64,000 nucleotides of DNA. Origin: Azolla caroliniana. Taxonomy: Eukaryota > Plantae > Polypodiophyta. The position numbers were made by a program, and so were the translations under genes. Position 1 is the first letter of the stretch. Every line of letters starts with the position of its first letter. Location: positions 15,624,001-15,688,000 of the forward strand of contig JBHGNT010000020.1 of assembly GCA_043228905.1 (NCBI GenBank), given 5' to 3'. The notes below the pieces were generated by a model. The model searched no databases and was not told the DNA's origin. It saw only the letters and a program-made list of their open reading frames with translations. Below, in pieces: positions 33,557-45,324 of the stretch.

Positions 33557-36500
33557 TCACTTCGGCATGGGATGTCTCTCCAGTCCGATCCTCTTCCGGC
33601 ATGCTTCCAGCTTGTCGGGTGTGAGCACCTTGGTCAGCATATCCGACCCGTTCTCGTCCGTGTGGACCTTCGTTAGCACGAACTCCTTGTCTTCTATCCT
33701 TTCCCGGATCCAGTGATATCTTCGCTGGATGTGCTTCGTCCGGGAGTGATAAGCCGCGTTCTTCGCAAGGTGGATGGCACTCTGACTGTCGCAGTAGAGT
33801 CGGTACTCCTCTTGCCGGATACCGAGCTCTCTAATGAAGTCCTTCATCCATATTATTTCCTTGCCGGCTTCAACAGCCGCCATGTACTCCGCCTCCGTGG
33901 TTGACAACGCAACCGTCTTCTGCAGCCTCGACTGCCACGAAACAGCTCCCCCTGCATACGTCATCACATACCCTGATGTGGACCGGCTGGTATCTGCATC
34001 AGCCGACATATCCGAATCGGTAAAGCCGTTGAGTTCGGACTTACCGGAGCCGAATCGGAGGCACACGTTTGCCGTGCCCTTCAGGTATCGGAGTATCCAC
34101 TTGACCGCGTTCCAGTGCTCTTTGCCGGGATTGCTCATGTACCGGCTCACCACTCCGACTGCGTATCCTATGTCCGGTCTTGTACACACCATTGCGTACA
34201 TCAAGCTTCCGATGGCAGAGGCATATGGTACTTTCATCATGTCCTCTTTCTCAGCCTTTGTCTTGGGGCTTTGCTTGCTGGACAACTTGCAGTTTGCCGG
34301 GAGGGTTGATCCGACCGGTCTTGCTTCCGACATGTTGAACCGGTGAAGCACCTTTGTTACGTACTTCTCCTGTGACAGCCACAACTGCTTCTTCTTCCGG
34401 TCCCGGATGATGTGCATCCCTAGTATTTGCCTCGCCGGACCCAGGTCCTTCATTGAGAAGGTTCGGTGAAGCGCTTTCTTCAGCGTCCGTATCTTGACCT
34501 GGTCCCGTCCGACGATCAACATGTCGTCCACGTACAGGAGGAGTATTAGAGAGTCTCCTCCTTCGAACTTCTTCACAAACACGCAGTGATCAGACTGCGT
34601 TTTGTGGTACCCTTCGTCGGTCATGAAGGAGTCGAACTTCCGGTACCATTGCCGGGGAGCCTGCTTCAGTCCGTAAAGGCTCTTCTTCAACCGGCATACC
34701 AGGTGCTCCTTCCCTTTCTTCTCGAATCCTTCCGGTTGCTGCATGTAGATCTCTTCTTCGAGGTCACCGTGAAGGAATGCCGTCTTCACGTCCATCTGTT
34801 CTACCTCGAGGTCCATGCTTGCCGCTATGCTCAGCACCGTCCGGATGGAGGTCATCTTCACTACCGGGGCGAATATCTCGTCGAAGTCGACGCCCTTCTT
34901 CTGCTGAAACCCCTTCACCACGATCCTGGCTTTGTATCTCGGGGGGTTTCCGGCATCTCCCGGTTTCAGCTTGAACACCCACTTGTTTCGAAGTGCCCGC
35001 TTTCCTTTCGGCAACTCCACAAGTTCATATGTGTGGTTCTCATGCAGGGAATCCATCTCGTCCTGCATGGCACTCAACCACCTGCGGCTATGGGTGTCAA
35101 GTTTTGCTTCTTCAAAACTCTCCGGCTCCCCCTCGTCGGTTAGCAACACGTACTCTGGTTCCGGAAATCTCCGGGGGGCCCTTCTCTCTCTTAGAGGGTA
35201 TCTCCGTTCCGGAGCTTCGGTAACCGGCTGCTCCGTTTCCTCTTCATCCGAATCCATTTCGGGATCAGGGCCGGTTCCGGTATCAGTTTCATCTTCCTCG
35301 GCCGGTTCTGTTTCTTCACCGTCTTCGGCCGGATCCTCGAGTGCTAACCGGTCCCTTGCCGGTCGGGACTGCTCCTCGTAGAGTTTATCCTCACCGGTCG
35401 ACTTGGAGCTCTTCATCTTCTTCTCCGACTCCCAGTCGGCGAGTGTCTTGTCCTCCATGAAGATGATATCTCGACTCCTGAATATCTTCTTGTCGACCGG
35501 GTCCCATACTCGGTAGCCGAACTCGTCGTCGCCGTAACCGAGGAATATGCATGGCCGGGTCTTTGGATCTAACTTTCCTCTCCGGTCCTTTGCCACATGC
35601 ACGTATGCGAGACACCCGAACACCTTCAGATGCCGGTAGGACACTTCCTTACCGGTCCACACTTTCTGCGGCGTGTCTCCGTCCAAAGGTACTGAGGGTG
35701 ATCTATTTATCACATACGTCGCCGTCGACATTGCCTCAGCCCAAAACCCCTTGGGTAATTTCGCATGCGCCAGCATACTCCGGACCCTCTCCATTATGGT
35801 CCGGTTCATCCTCTCGGCCAGCCCGTTTAGTTCCGGCGTCTTCGGCACAGTAAACTCGAGCCGGATTCCCTTCGAGCGACAGTACTCCTGGAACTGCCCC
35901 CGGTATTCCCCTCCGTTATCCGCTCGTATCGCTTTCAGCTTCTTGCCGGATTCCCTTTCCACTCTCGCGTGGAGTTCTTTGAAGACGGACAACACTTGGT
36001 CCTTTGTCTTCAACGGCGCCGTCCACAGCTTCCGGCTGTGATCATCAATGAAAGTCACGAAGTACTGGGCTCCGCCATGTGACTTCGTTTCTACCTGACA
36101 CACATCCGTGTGCACCAACTCCAATGGTGCGCTACGTCTCGTCGGTGGCCTTGAGTGGAAGGAGGTTCGGTTCTGCTTACCGGCCAGGCAATCGGTGCAC
36201 TTCTCCAGATGCACATGCTTCACTGGAATGAGGTTGTCTTCTGCAAGCCTCTTCATCCCCTTCTCACTCATGTGGCACAGTCTTTTGTGCCACAGCTCAC
36301 CGGCAGTGTCGGCTGCCACATTCAGCTCTTCCGGACATAACCGGGCATTCATCAGGTACAGGGTGTTGACTTTCTGGGCCCGAGCCACTATCAGGCTCCC
36401 CTTGCTGAACTTCATTACGCCGTTCCGGATGCTACCTGTGTAGCCTTCATCGTCTAGCCTCCCGGCCGAAATCAGGTTCAATCGAACCTCCGGAACGTGT

Positions 36501-37630
36501 CGGACATCCTTCAGCAGCATTTTGCATCCGGTCGGGGTTGTCAACCACACGTCTCCTATGCCGGCAATCCGGCACGTACCTTCGTTTCCCATCCGGACAC
36601 AGCCGTGCTCACCGGCTGTGTAAGATGAGAAGTATTTCTTCTCCGGGGTCAGGTGGAACGACGCTCCGGAATCGACCACCCAGGTCACCTCTTCACCGGC
36701 AAGGTTCAGCTCCCTCTCTTCGGTAATGAGCATTATCTCTTCTTCACTTGCCGCGAGTGCCGTCGTTCCTTTCCGGTCCTGCCCTCGCCGATCCGGACCT
36801 CTTCGGTCCGTGGCTCCCCGGTATGCACCGTTTCTCTCCGGTGACTTCTTCGAATCGGTGTCGTCGGCTCCGTTGTCCTTTCGGTAATGCCGACAATTCT
36901 TCCGGAAGTGCCCCGGCTTCCCACAGTGGAAGCATGTGGGTCTTCCTCTTGACTGCGACCGGGTCCCCGACTTCTCCCGTCTTTGCGGACTCCGGTTCCA
37001 TTGTCTCCCCCGTTCCGATTCGGTAAGCAGCGCCTTCGAGTCGGAGGCCAGTTCTTTATCTCTCCGACGCGCTTCTTCATTTAGAATACTTGTCTTTACC
37101 GTTTGTAAGGACAAGTTATCTTCGGTGCAGGAGGTGCTGAGAGTCACCACCAAGTTCTCCCAGCTTTCCGGCAATGTACACATCAGGATGATGGCTTGCA
37201 TTGCATCCTCCAACGGGAACTTGATCGCCGCAAGCTGATTCACGAATCCCATGAACGTGCTTACGTGTTCCACCATACTCTCGCCGTCCCGATACTTGAG
37301 GTTCACTATCTTCCTCATCAGGGAGGTCCGGTTCAACGCATTCTTCCTCTCGTAGAGGCCCGACAGCTTCTTCCACATCTCATATGCGTTGGTGTCGTTC
37401 GCCACATGTTGTAGGACGCTTACATCGACATATTGTCGGATCGTCGCTACGGCTTTCCGGTTCAGGAGCTTCCACTCCGACTCAAGTACCCCCTTCGGTA
37501 TTTCCGACCTGTCAATCGGTTCATACAGGTCCCGAACAATCAGAAGATCCTCCATCTTGATCTTCCAGTCGGCGTAATTCTGTGCATTCAGCACCATCAT
37601 CCCCGGCTGCCCGCTGCCGCCGCCTTCCAT
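33557..37630 (-). CDS. Intact Copia gag-pol polyprotein (1357 aa, Tnt1-like)
   Basis: CFHCGKPGHFRKNC, WVVDSGASFH, HTDVC/ADNGGEY/AERMNRT, LYVDDML, FTDSDMS; uninterrupted. Confidence 0.97.
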   Translation of the reverse strand: MEGGGSGQPGMMVLNAQNYADWKIKMEDLLIVRDLYEPIDRSEIPKGVLESEWKLLNRKAVATIRQYVDVSVLQHVANDTNAYEMWKKLSGLYERKNALNRTSLMRKIVNLKYRDGESMVEHVSTFMGFVNQLAAIKFPLEDAMQAIILMCTLPESWENLVVTLSTSCTEDNLSLQTVKTSILNEEARRRDKELASDSKALLTESERGRQWNRSPQRREKSGTRSQSRGRPTCFHCGKPGHFRKNCRHYRKDNGADDTDSKKSPERNGAYRGATDRRGPDRRGQDRKGTTALAASEEEIMLITEERELNLAGEEVTWVVDSGASFHLTPEKKYFSSYTAGEHGCVRMGNEGTCRIAGIGDVWLTTPTGCKMLLKDVRHVPEVRLNLISAGRLDDEGYTGSIRNGVMKFSKGSLIVARAQKVNTLYLMNARLCPEELNVAADTAGELWHKRLCHMSEKGMKRLAEDNLIPVKHVHLEKCTDCLAGKQNRTSFHSRPPTRRSAPLELVHTDVCQVETKSHGGAQYFVTFIDDHSRKLWTAPLKTKDQVLSVFKELHARVERESGKKLKAIRADNGGEYRGQFQEYCRSKGIRLEFTVPKTPELNGLAERMNRTIMERVRSMLAHAKLPKGFWAEAMSTATYVINRSPSVPLDGDTPQKVWTGKEVSYRHLKVFGCLAYVHVAKDRRGKLDPKTRPCIFLGYGDDEFGYRVWDPVDKKIFRSRDIIFMEDKTLADWESEKKMKSSKSTGEDKLYEEQSRPARDRLALEDPAEDGEETEPAEEDETDTGTGPDPEMDSDEEETEQPVTEAPERRYPLRERRAPRRFPEPEYVLLTDEGEPESFEEAKLDTHSRRWLSAMQDEMDSLHENHTYELVELPKGKRALRNKWVFKLKPGDAGNPPRYKARIVVKGFQQKKGVDFDEIFAPVVKMTSIRTVLSIAASMDLEVEQMDVKTAFLHGDLEEEIYMQQPEGFEKKGKEHLVCRLKKSLYGLKQAPRQWYRKFDSFMTDEGYHKTQSDHCVFVKKFEGGDSLILLLYVDDMLIVGRDQVKIRTLKKALHRTFSMKDLGPARQILGMHIIRDRKKKQLWLSQEKYVTKVLHRFNMSEARPVGSTLPANCKLSSKQSPKTKAEKEDMMKVPYASAIGSLMYAMVCTRPDIGYAVGVVSRYMSNPGKEHWNAVKWILRYLKGTANVCLRFGSGKSELNGFTDSDMSADADTSRSTSGYVMTYAGGAVSWQSRLQKTVALSTTEAEYMAAVEAGKEIIWMKDFIRELGIRQEEYRLYCDSQSAIHLAKNAAYHSRTKHIQRRYHWIRERIEDKEFVLTKVHTDENGSDMLTKVLTPDKLEACRKRIGLERHPMPK

Positions 37631-40600
37631 TTTCTGCAGCAGTTCGCTCTGATACCAGTTTGTTGAGAATCAGATCTTCCGATTCACCTTCACCACTCGG
37701 CCACAACCGAGAAATCTCCGAATCAATGGAGCAGAAAATAGGAAATACAGAGAAAGACACGATACACAGGGATTAACGTGGAAAACTCTATACGGGAAAA
37801 ACCACGGGAGTGCGAGACTCCAAACCAAACTATGCACAGAGAAATATACAATGGCGAGCTGCAAGGCAACGACCTTGCGCTCGCTTTCTTCGCCACAGGC
37901 GGCGGTATTACACAGAGGCGTCGACCTCTTCCTCTCTCACGCTCTATCTCGGCTGCTCTCACTTCGCTCCCTCTTAGTGGAAAAACAGAAAATGAGCAAC
38001 AACAGACTTAACTGTTAGCCCTAAGTCATATTTATACACATATGACTTTCGGGCTATTTACAAATATAGCCTCAAGGGCTCTTGGCAAACATATTCACAA
38101 ATATGTCTCCGCATCCGGATCTCTCTCCGGGTACATTCGTCATCCGGCTCCGTAACCGGGGTCTTCATCATCCGGCTCCGTAGCCGGGGTCTTCATCATC
38201 CGGCTCCGTAACCGGGGTCTTCATCATCCGGCTCCGTAACCGGGGTCTTCATCATCCGGCTCCGTAACCGCAACCGGGCTTGCCGTCATTCATCTCCGGA
38301 CATCCCATCCGGAGGGACCGAAATCCCAACACTCGGTTCGAGAGGGAGGTTGCAGAAATTGGCCCTTAAAAACCGTGACAAAATCTGTCCAAGTATCGGG
38401 CAATTTCCCCATAGTACGGAGGCCACGCCACCAGGCGGCGGCCTTACCCCCGAGTTCTCGGCCGACATATGCAATCTTCGTACTATCTGGCGTGGGATAG
38501 AGCTCAAAATGAGACTCCCATCATCCCAGCCATGTGCAGATTGCTTCTTCGGTTCTTTCCTTTTTGTCTCCCGTAAATGGCTTAACGACAAATGATGGTT
38601 CACCTTGTCGCTCATCAGGTCTATTAGTCTCTCGTTGTAGACTAATGACACGTGCCTCAAGAGCACTCTGAGATTGCCGAAGTTTGGTCATCTGTTGAGC
38701 GGTGAAACTAAGGTATTGGGTTTATTTGTGCCAAATACATCTCAGTGGACATTTGTCCAGGAGGATTCCCTTGAGTTCCTTCCGCTTGAGCGGATGACAT
38801 CGGGTCGTTAATTTGAGCCATTAAAGATTATTTCTGGAAAAGAAATAGGATAAGGTCAGAGATATAGTCATAACATCTTGTCGTGATGTAAACATATCAT
38901 GGGCGAGCATTAATCGATATCATTATCTCACGTCAATACCCCTCTAGACGTATGAGATGAGGTTCAAGATCAGGTTACTATGGTAACACAAAGGTGTTTT
39001 AAAAACCATGGGGGTGACAAATAAATGTCTTTCCCTGATCTCTATATCGATTTTTTCATGGTGGCTCCCCGAGGCTCAACCATGTATGTTCGCGTCATGA
39101 ATAGTTTATACACGAAAAAAAATGTTAACAATAAACTATGTTTCGGTGCCCACATAAGTGGTTTCGGCTCTTTAAGTCCTATTACGAGGACCCCGAGGTG
39201 CACTTAGACCTTAAGTCTAAACATGTGTTATAGTCATATGTATCAAGGATGTTGTATGGTCTTGGTCATATTTGAACTCGAGACCTCGAGAACAAATACA
39301 TTAAACACTTGAGCCAACCAAGTAAGTTGCTCTTCTCGAATGTTTAATGTTTGATGCGTATAAGAGATATGCGAGGCAATTGATCATATACGTTTTTTTA
39401 AAAGAACATATATGTCAAGGGTCCTTATTTCGCCCTCATTTACCAAAACTATGTTGGTACGTTACCTAACCTCAAGTCTCGTAATTACGATGGCATACGC
39501 CAAAGTGCAACCTAATGGTCAAGCCAAATGAGCCCTTGTTTCGTAGTAGGCTCACGTGGGCCATCACATGGTCACGTCATTACGAATGCCTCTCGTAAGA
39601 ACGAGCTCATGGTGGCATCGTATCCATGTAACGAGGGAGGGATGTTGGATACGTGCGTCATTGGAGCGACCTCACTTGAAGTGGGTCAACCCCTACGTAC
39701 TCAACATCATTTTGGCTATTTGCGTTTCTTTACGTAACGAAATCGAGGTCGTCAATGGGGTTATCAACAATAAAAAAATGTTGAAAAAGGGATGGTGACA
39801 ACGCCATTCTCAAAAAAATGTGAGGACGGCCACCAACATCCTTTTCCCGACAAGGACAACTTTCGATATAATCACGTAATAACGAATATACACATATGTT
39901 TACTTATCACATATATATGATCAAATACGTATATATGTGACCACATATGCCTATATTAAACATATCGTTATATTAAATAGCCACAAATGATGTGATCGAG
40001 ATACGTAATCGAGGTGTATACCTCTACGCACACGAAACATCCACAAATAAGAGATCATCGTAATACGCAATGGAGATATTGACCTCTTACGCATACGAGA
40101 CCAAACGCATATCGTTTACAACAAATCAAGGTATTAAACTCATACGCAAACGTAACATATGTTCGTGATCGTAATACGTAATTGAGGTATTAACCTCGTA
40201 CGCATACGACACTCATCACATATTATTAATATGTCAAACGAGGTATTGACCTCGTGCACATATGTAAACGTTTTAGATAATCAATTAAAGACCACTACAA
40301 CATCATTGACTTAATGAAAAAAATTACATATAAACTAAACACATGATTAGATGGGAGAAGAGAGAATAGAAAGAAAAATTATGGAAAGAGTTACCGAAGT
40401 TCTTTGTGGATCGTTGTCTGGATCAAGGCCAACCGCACAACGATCGATCAGCATCAATCAAAAGACAAATGAAAAACAAAGAAACATTAGTACAAAAATC
40501 TGATACCAAATATTATAGATCTTGGTACTAACGTAAGCTTAAGATAAGGATAATGAAAAGATAGATAGAAAGGAGAAAGAGAAAGAAGGGTGCCGATCCA

Positions 40601-42977
40601 CCCGACCACCCCCGAGCGAAGGGATCGAGACGGACTCGAGGCTCGATCGGCGTCCCATACCACCGCCGTGGCGTCGAGTCGTACCTGGTGCTGGCGCGCT
40701 CGCTACAAGAGTTGACCCACCACACGAGCAGAGTCTCGATGTAGTCAAAAGATGATCAAATGAGGGTAGCTAGGCCTCTTATTTATAGCGATACCCAAGG
40801 CCCCCAGGCAAGTTCACACTTGACCTAATGGGTTGTCTCAATCCCGAGGATTAAAAGTAATCCTCCCCTTCTTTACACTCTCGTTTAACCCTCACACTTA
40901 TCCACGTGTATAGAATACTACGGTAAATTCTTACCACGGGATATTATATGGTCATGCCCGTAACAGACCGTCTCCGAACAGCCGACGTTGTCGGTTCACT
41001 TGACCTTAGATTGACGGTAGTTGGGGTTGATTGGGGAGTCGTATCCGAATTCTATTGCTTCCAGTCTTCAATCGTCTTATCTTCAAGAAAGACTACGTCC
41101 CGACTTCTCACTACCTTCTTGTTGACTAGGTCCCATAGCCTATAGCCAAACTCATCTTCCGAGTATCCCATGAATATGCATGCTTTCGACTTATTGTTGA
41201 GCTTTGACCTCTGATCCTTCAGTACATGCATGTACCCCAATCATCCGAATACCCTCAGGTGTTGGTAGGAGACATCCTTCCCTATCTACACTCTTTGTGG
41301 GACATCACCCTTTAATGGTACTGAGGGAGACCTATTGATAAGATAAACAGATGTGTACATCGCCTCAGCCCAATTGGATTTCATCAGTTTCGCATGATAG
41401 AGCATGCTCCTTACCCTCTCCATGATTGTTCGATTCATCCTCTCTGCAAGCCCGTTCAACTCTGGGGTCTTTGGCACTGTGTATTCGATCTGAATACCTT
41501 GGCACTTGCAGTATTCCTCGAATTGCTCTCTATACTCGCCACCGTTGTCGGTTTGAACAAGCTTCAACTTCTGACCCGACTCTCGTTCAACTCTAGCCTG
41601 GAACTCCTTGATAACCGACAATACTTGATCCTTCGACTTCAGTACGAAGGCCCATGTCTTCCGACTATAGTCATCGATGAACGTCACAAAGTACTGTCCA
41701 CCTCGATGCGATGGAGCATCTACATAACACACATCCGTGTGTACCAGTTCCAGTGCAGCTTCTCTTCTTCTTGGTGGTCTTGTGTGGAATGTTGGTTTGT
41801 TCTGCTTTCCGACTAAGCAGTCGACGCACTTCTCCAGGTGCACTCCCTTGACTTCTGGTAGAAGCTTTTGGTCGGCTAGCAGGTGCATTCCTTTCTCACT
41901 CATGTGGCCTAGCCTCTTATGCCATATCTCTCCTATTGTGTCAGCTACCACATTTACTTCTGGTTTGCATAGTCGGGCATGCATCATATATAATGTGCCT
42001 TCTTTCTGTGCTCCGGCCTCTATGAGATTTCCTAGGCAGAACTTCCACCTGCCATTCCGAAAGCTACCACTATAGCCTTCGTCATCTAACCTTCCAGTCG
42101 ATATCAGATTCAATTTGATATTGGGGATGTGTCGAACATCCTTCAGAGTCAATCGGCACCCTATTGACGTCGTCAAGCAGACACTTCCGACTCCGGCTAT
42201 CTTGCACTCTCCACTATCACCCATTTTCACATAACCGTGATCTCTGACTATGTAAGTCGAGAAATACTCTCTCGACGGAGTTATGTGGAACGATGCCCCG
42301 GAATCGATCACCCAAGTGCATTCTTCACTTGCAAGATTTGCACTTGTCTGTTCACAGATGAACAACACTTCTTCATTGCTCGTAGCAATGGCAGAAGTGT
42401 TCTTCTCATCAGGAGTCTTCCTGGGTTCGACATTGTTTCCGACACCCTTGTCTTTTCTCATGTGTCAGTAGTCTTTCTGGAAGTGTCCAGGTTTACCACA
42501 GTAAAAGCACACTAGCATACCTCTAGACTTTGATCTGGCTTGGGACTTTTCTCTCCTTGGTGGACTTATTTGCCGGTTCCTCTGTTCGAATGTTGTGTTA
42601 CATTCGACTCCGACTGGGACATGACTCCCTTGTCCTTCCTCCTTGCCTCCTCATTTAGGATGCTTGTCTTTACGGTTTGTAAAGACAAGTTCTCTTCTTG
42701 ACAAGAGGTGCTGAGAGTAACCACTAGGTTCTCCCAGCTATTCGGCAGTGTGCACATCAGTAGAATGGCCTACATCGCATCATCCAGGGGAAACTTGGTT
42801 GCAAAAAGTTGATTCACATACCCCATGAATGTGTTGATGTGTTCGATGATGCTCTCACCGTCTCTGTATTTCAGCTATACGATCTTTCTCATCAATGAGG
42901 TTTTATTGAGCGCGTTCTTCCTCTCATATACGCACTCATATACGCACGCAACAACTTTAGCAAGGTGAAGGAATGTA

Positions 42978-43166
42978 AACACATAATGAATCAAAAGCAT
43001 GAAATAGAATTGATGTAAGTTTCTTACTAACCTTGACTTTAACACATAATGAATCAAAAGCATGAAATAGAATTGATGTAAGTTTCTTACTAACCTTGAC
43101 TTTAACACATAATGAATCAAAAGCATGAAATAGAATTGATGTAAGTTTCTTACTAACCTTGACTTT
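42978..43166 (+). repeat. Three perfect 63-bp tandem copies
   Basis: Unit aacacataatgaatcaaaagcatgaaatagaattgatgtaagtttcttactaaccttgacttt. Confidence 0.95.
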
Positions 43167-43527
43167 AAGGTGATGTGGTCCAACTTCCTGGCATGCATAA
43201 TTTATCCTTAGCCTTTGAATTTTCACATGTAATTCTTTCATTTCTTTGGTTTCTATTAAAAAACCTCACATTAATATCATAAGGATGGATTTTTTAAAGT
43301 TACTGGTTCTGTTTCATGAAATTTCTTGTCTTTGCATCAAAGGAAAATTATGTATTTCCCATTAGTGTTGCAGTGAAGGTTTCCCATTATGTTTCCCACC
43401 ATGCACAAACATGTCTTGAAGTTTGGAAGCTTCTAAATAACAATATGTTTGTGTGTATTATTGTACACACGTTTTATCCTTGAAAATGGTCACTGATGCT
43501 ATTTTGTTGCATCATTAAAGGAAGCAG

Positions 43528-44445
43528 GTTGGAAGATGCTGGCTATGGTGTATGTCTCAGAATGCTCGAGCTACTTAGTCATCGAGAAAAGGTGATCTAT
43601 GTCTCATTGTTTAACCTCGTTCTTCGTATCACTGAAATAACGTGCAGGCTAAAACGAGGAAATAAGATTATTGGGAATCCTCTCTTTTGTACACAACACA
43701 CTTTGGAGATCCCTTTTTGGAAAGGTATCTATTTACGACTAGGTGATTTTCATCTTTCTTTTGAAGGCTGCATTATCTAATATTTGTGGGAAAAAGGTTG
43801 CAGATTCTTTGGAGCAGGGAACAGAAAATGAAGGTGAATACATGATCAGTGAGAGAGAGCTCCTTGTGAATAGGTATCTCAGGATGATTCCACATACATT
43901 AAACTCATTTTATCTTAGTTGATTGCAATTGCATTATTTTTCTTCAAAACTTCTAGTTGGCCTATGAATCATGATGATAGCTTCCCTCCCTGTCTTTTTC
44001 TTTTTAACAGATATTCTCAAATATATATCGACCTACAATGATTGCATTTGCAACCTTTTCCTTCACTAATGGCATTCTTGTACACATATTGACTTGTTAA
44101 AACCATACCTGTATTGCTTCTTTCATGATGGCAGTGTTGAAAGCATTGGTTTGATCTACAGTACCAATATTGAAACACATGCTAACCTTTGATGATTGCA
44201 CTTGCCCTTTTTCTCATTGTCTTCAGTACTGATGTATTAATATAGATTTGACTCCTGTTGATGGTTGCATTTGCTTGATTTTCTTCCTCAACAGCACTAA
44301 AATAATATGTTTGCTGTATGTTGGTGTCATTTGATTGGTCTTTCCATACGATAGCTTGTAGTAATGAATGAAGTATTGATAGTATTCTATTGCAGGTTTA
44401 TTTGTGCCGAAGGATATGGGTGTTTTCAACTGTGGTGTTTATTCT
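43528..44445 (+). pseudogene. TRAPPC5: Fragment of trafficking protein particle complex subunit 5 (Trs31) with four internal exons and GT-AG introns; frameshifted
   Basis: Exons 43528-43591 (RLEDAGYGVCLRMLELLSHREK), 43648-43724 (IRLLGILSFVHNTLWRSLFGK), 43797-43873 (VADSLEQGTENEGEYMISERELLVNR), 44396-~44445 (FI/VPKDMGVFNCG) match the plant TRAPPC5 sequence as recalled; indels in exons 2 and 4; both termini absent. Confidence 0.9.
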
Positions 44446-45012
44446 TTTGGAGCGTAAGCTATTCAAGCCTCTTCTGAAACAGCTTAAAACAACTTGAATT
44501 GTTGTTTCAAGCCGTTTCTGAAACAACTTAAAACAACTTGAATTGCTTTAAGATGACGGTCTCAAACCGTATGGATCCAATCTAAACCTAACTGAAGCAA
44601 CCTCCTAGAATCGTCTAAACCAAACCCTGAATTAAACCGAATTGAGCCATGAAATCATCTGAACTAGGCCCGAGTTGAATCGAATCAAACTTTTAATTCG
44701 AACAAGGCCTAAATTGACCCGAATCGAACCGAAGAAAAACTCGCAATAACAAACTACGAAGCTGTGATTTCCGGTGCGGCTTTAGATGGCACCAAATCAT
44801 CGCTGATTCTGATCAAGAAAAAAGATTGAAGCAAATGCCAACATTTGTACAATTGTAGGGTCTTTTTTTAAGCTTGTGTTTAGGTCAAATGAGAGGAAAA
44901 GATTGTATAAAACACAAAGATCAAGTAAACACTAGAACCAGAGCTCCTTTGGACATGGGCTTGAAACTGCACAGACCCAGCTCCCCAGAGTGACAGATCC
45001 ATCCAATCCGCC

Positions 45013-45161
45013 ATGACTTCTTAACCCTTGGCTTCTCCGCACTGTCCTCCAAGCCCATCATCACGTTTGTCATAGGCAATGCCGAGAAGTTGGAAGAGGT
45101 GAAGATGATCCTGGGAGACTCTGTCCCCTTTTAATCTCCTTCCAATCTTTCAGGATTGACT
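45013..45161 (+). pseudogene. ITPA: First-exon fragment of inosine triphosphate pyrophosphatase (HAM1 family)
   Basis: KPIITFVIGNAEKLEEVKMILGDSVPF* ...RID then a GTAAGT donor at 45162; resembles the ITPase N-terminus (VTFVTGNAKKLEEV..ILG.SIPF.SLKIDL); carries a stop and a small duplication. Confidence 0.85.
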
Positions 45162-45196
45162 GTAAGTAGATTGTGTGAAAAGAGATAATTTTGCTC

Positions 45197-45199
<3 letters not shown>

Positions 45200-45257
<58 letters not shown>
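45200..45257 (+). repeat. (CT)n microsatellite
   Basis: About 29 TC units. Confidence 0.95.
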
Positions 45258-45259
<2 letters not shown>

Positions 45260-45324
45260 TTTGTGTTGTAGTTTGCAGAGTTACATCCCATTTCAGCATC
45301 CTTCTTTTGTGTTGTAGTTCGTAA

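Larger units (their letters stand above)
32848..38331 (-). mobile_element. Young, structurally intact Copia element F; LTRs 32848-33546 and 37661-38331
   Basis: TG...CA LTRs; TSD CTCGG (32843-32847, 38332-38336); tRNA-iMet PBS 37657-37646; PPT 33547-33556; intact ORF. Confidence 0.97.
28458..40965 (-). mobile_element. Full-length Ty3/gypsy chromovirus E; LTRs 28458-28912 and 40511-40965
   Basis: 455-bp LTRs with one mismatch seen; TSD GACCG (28453-28457, 40966-40970); tRNA-iMet PBS 40508-40499; PPT next to 28913; ~1.7-kb leader; gag from ~38800, split by Copia F. Confidence 0.96.
28076..42930 (-). mobile_element. Copia element D remnant (no LTRs), split by chromovirus E: parts 40971-42930 and 28076-28457
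   Basis: gag (ERKNALNKTSLMRKIV, SWENLVVTLSTSC), protease (WVIDSGASFH), integrase (HTDVC, TDNGGEY) in ORF 41286-42461; continues left of E as DEGEPECYEEA...AMQDEMESLHENYTY; clearly related to Copia F and A. Confidence 0.9.

Noticed and set aside
42875-43241. ORFs with repeated 21-aa units
   Set aside because: By-products of the 63-bp tandem triplication fused to the Copia gag remnant.
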